A DNA stretch of 64,000 nt from Schmidtea polychroa (lineage: Eukaryota): positions 38,194,001 to 38,258,000 of the forward strand of contig CM097885.1 in assembly GCA_044892525.1 (NCBI GenBank), in the 5' to 3' direction. Position numbers and translations under genes: made by a program. The notes below the pieces were generated by a model. The model did not search any database. It was not told where the DNA came from and saw nothing but the letters and a program-made list of their open reading frames with translations. Numbering within the stretch: the first letter of the stretch is position 1; each line of letters starts with the position of its first letter. This document shows, piece after piece, positions 60,901 to 64,000 of this stretch.

Positions 60901-63900
60901 TTTTCCGGGGGGGGGGGGGGTTACTAAAAATAGATTTTAGTGATTTTCCGTAATTTTATTGGAAGATAGGGCCATTGAGACTAAATTTAGAGATAGGGGA
61001 ATCCCAAAATCAATAATCGGTTTTATAATTTTATTTTTTGAAATAAAGATAATTATTTTAATAATATAATAATAATAGTAATGATAATAGTAATAATAAT
61101 GATAAGAGTGGTAATGTTAATGGTAATAATACTAATAATAATAATAATAGTAATAATAATAATAATAATATTAATAACGATAATAATAATAATGTTAATA
61201 ATAATAATAAATGTAAGTTTATTTTTTTACAAGATTCCCACATATGGGGGTATCTTTTGCGAAAATTATGGAATTATTTATTTTTTGGTTTGATTTGAAA
61301 TATAATTTAACTCTATACGAAGATGATATAATTTAGTGTACCTAAGGAATAGTTAATGGCTACATGAGTTGAAGGGGGGTCATTTATGAAAATTTTCAAT
61401 TTATATTTTAAAATATAATATAAGTTAAATATATATTAAGATAAGTTAATTTAAAATACTTAGGTAATGGGTAATGACTGTATAATTTTGAGGGGGTCAT
61501 TCATGAAATTTTACAACTTATATTTTTTATTATAATGTAAGTTAAATATATATTAAAAATAAGTCAATTTAGTATGCTTAGATAATGGGTAATGACTGTA
61601 TGATTTTGAGGGGGGTCATTCATGAAATTTTACAACTTATATTTTTTATTATAATGTAAGTTAAATATATATTAAAAATAAGTCAATTTAGTATGCTTAG
61701 GTAATGGGTAATGACTGTATGATTTTGAGGGGGGTCATTCATAAAAATTTACAATTTATAGTTTTAAATATAATATAAGTTAAATGTATATTAAGATAAG
61801 CTAATTTAGTATATTTAGGTGGTAGTTGATGACTATATGGTTTATGGGGGGTCTTTGATGAAAAATTTTCAACTATGATGTTAAAGGCAATCTAAGTTAA
61901 GTTAAATTTATAGTTTATATTTTAAAGCTAATATAATTTTATAATTTATACTTTTAAGTTTATAATTTATATTTGGTGAAGTTCAATTTATAGTTTATAT
62001 TTCTAAAGCTAATATAATTTTATAATTTATATTTTTAAGTTTATAATTTATATTTTTATGAAGCTAATTTTATGGTTTATATTTTAAAGCTAATATAATT
62101 TTATAATTTATATTTTTAAGTTTATAATTTATATTTGGTGAAGTTCAATTCATAGTTTATATTTCTAAAGCTAATATAATTTTATAATTTATATTTTTAA
62201 GTTTATAATTTATATTTTTATGAAGCTAATTTTATGGTTTATATTTTAAAGCTAATATAATTTTATAATTTATATTTTTAAGTTTATAATTTATATTTGG
62301 TGAAGTTCAATTCATAGTTTATATTTCTAAAGCTAATATAATTTTATAATTTATATTTTTAAGTTTATAATTTATATTTTTATGAAGTTAAATTTATGGT
62401 TTATATTTTAAAGCCAATATAATTTTATAATTTATATTTTTATGAAGTTAAGGTTATAATTTATATTTTTAAAGCTAATATAACTTTATAATTTATACTT
62501 TTAAGTTTATAATTTATATTTTTATGAGGTTAAGTTAAATTTATAGTTTATGTTCTAAGGCTAATATAATTTTATAATTTATACTTTTGTAATTAACTTA
62601 GAGTTATAATTTATAATTTTACCGTCAATATAGATTTGTAATTTATATTCTTAGGAAATTAAATTTATAATTTATACTTTTATAACTAATCATAATTTAT
62701 ATTTTGAAGAAATTGAATCTATAAGTATAATTCATATTTTTATGAAATTGAGAGGATAGTTTATACTTTTATGGGTTTACGATTGGTATTTTTATAGTTA
62801 GTTTAGAGTCTATTCAATTTAAAATCCAAGTCTTGCTGATACGCATGTCGAACACCTTTATGAATACTATCACTACTAAATTAATCATCTTTAAAAATCT
62901 TTGCTTTACACTATTACTAAAAAAATTTATTTAAGACATTCATGAATCTAGATTCGACAAACGTATAGGTAGAGTGGGTTCTTGATGATATTTAACCGTC
63001 TACATTAATTGTGAATTGTAGAGTTGTGATTGATTTAGGTCTGAGATCTACTCTGTTTATTAACCTTAGTGTATTGTATTGTGATGCTTTTGGATGTAGA
63101 TTTTAACTATGTAAATTATTCATGCATTGAAAGTCGGGAGGAGTGTTTGCTTTCGCGGCCCCACTGTGACCACTACGACAAACCTTACTGTTGTGTGGTA
63201 AGTCAACCCTTTACGGCTGACCTATAATAAATAGGTAGAGTCAGACGGAGGATTTCATCGACTTAACTCCATGGCAGAACCATGAAGTGGTGCGACCTCC
63301 GAATGACCTGAACAAAAAAAAAACAAATAATATTGATAAGTGCGTGCCAGGCAGTGACCTGCAATCATTGTGGGCTGTTTAATCATCGATGATAAAGTGC
63401 ATAGGTGCAGGGTTGACTGGGATCTCGCTCCAAAATCAATGATAACCGACGATCTCACTCAAACCTACATTTCTATAGTTAAAAAGAAATAATGAAAACA
63501 AGGTTTCAATAATAATAATTTATAATTCACAATGAAATCGTCCTTACCTACAATCTCAGAAAAATCAAAATCAAAAATTTGGCATAAGAGTAAACATTAG
63601 CATATTTTGCTTGCTTAAAAAGTGACGAAATGTGTTAGTTTATATAGCCTCTGTTTGACGTGTAAGTATACATGCGTGCATTGATGCAGTAAAACAAATT
63701 CGAATTATTTTAATTCTCGAACATTCGATTTTTAATTTTTATCGATTTTAATGGCGATTTTTCAGTAAGAATTTTTGTTTTTATTTTTGAAATTTTATTT
63801 TCGAATTATTTTTTATTAAATTTGCCTCCATGATGGATTTCAGCATTTCCAGAACATTCCATGCTAAATTTAATCTATTTCTTATTTTTAAATTGTTTTT

Positions 63901-64000
63901 TATGATTTCTTTTCTAAAATATTTATTTTTTAAACTAAAATATTTATTTTTTATAAATTTTATTGGGTCGTTTGGCCGTCATGATGGATTTCGCCATTTT
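57969..64000 (-). repeat. Giant 5' LTR, truncated by the window (predicted end near 64367)
   Basis: Colinear with 41723-46448 apart from a 1141-bp insertion, one extra 162-bp unit, homopolymer slips and very few substitutions. Confidence 0.95.
59740..60878 (+). mobile_element. Non-autonomous Tc1/mariner-superfamily element inserted in the 5' LTR
   Basis: TA TSD; 14-bp perfect TIR CACCCGTTTCCACA; empty site near 43489 in the other LTR; spliced remnant ends in an HTH-like peptide. Confidence 0.93.

Larger units (their letters stand above)
41723..64000 (-). mobile_element. Giant pol-less Ty3/Gypsy-type LTR element (Burro-like), over 22 kb, running off the window end
   Basis: Near-identical LTRs of about 5.1 kb, tRNA-Pro-like PBS, minus-strand Gag polyprotein; no RT, RNase H or integrase motifs seen in the 11.15-kb internal region. 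Confidence 0.8.

Noticed and set aside
57969..64000. The 5-kb direct repeat as a pure assembly duplication
   Set aside because: It has LTR termini, an adjacent PBS, a TSD-flanked insertion in one copy only, and diverged relatives with the same boundaries

Overview
Very AT-rich eukaryotic DNA with short (39-50 nt) GT-AG introns. It is most consistent with a planarian such as Schmidtea mediterranea, which is an inference from composition and repeat types. Two host genes are visible: the 3' part of a Kazal-TSP1-follistatin-cystine-knot gene (1126-7571) and a two-exon PAIP1/MIF4G-like gene (21754-22699). The rest is a stack of nested transposons: several hAT elements, a pogo/Tigger, a Tc1-like element, piggyBac-type MITEs, a BEL/Pao remnant and two compact Ty3/Gypsy elements, one apparently intact with a -1 frameshift pseudoknot. 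The dominant feature is a family of giant (about 5 kb) LTRs resembling the planarian Burro giant retroelements. A near-identical pair (41723-46815 and 57969 to beyond the window end) brackets a minus-strand, pol-less Gag-to-membrane-protein polyprotein and a tRNA-Pro PBS; older copies lie at 14029-19987 and 23420-40045, plus a probable distant relative at about 12365-21382. The most novel-looking signals are inside these LTRs: a spliced coiled-coil gene family in two older LTRs, covarying RNA structures including a loop-E-like motif, a TATA box implying more than 4 kb of transcribed LTR, and an RNF115/126-like E3-ligase retrocopy. All alignments and folds were done by eye.
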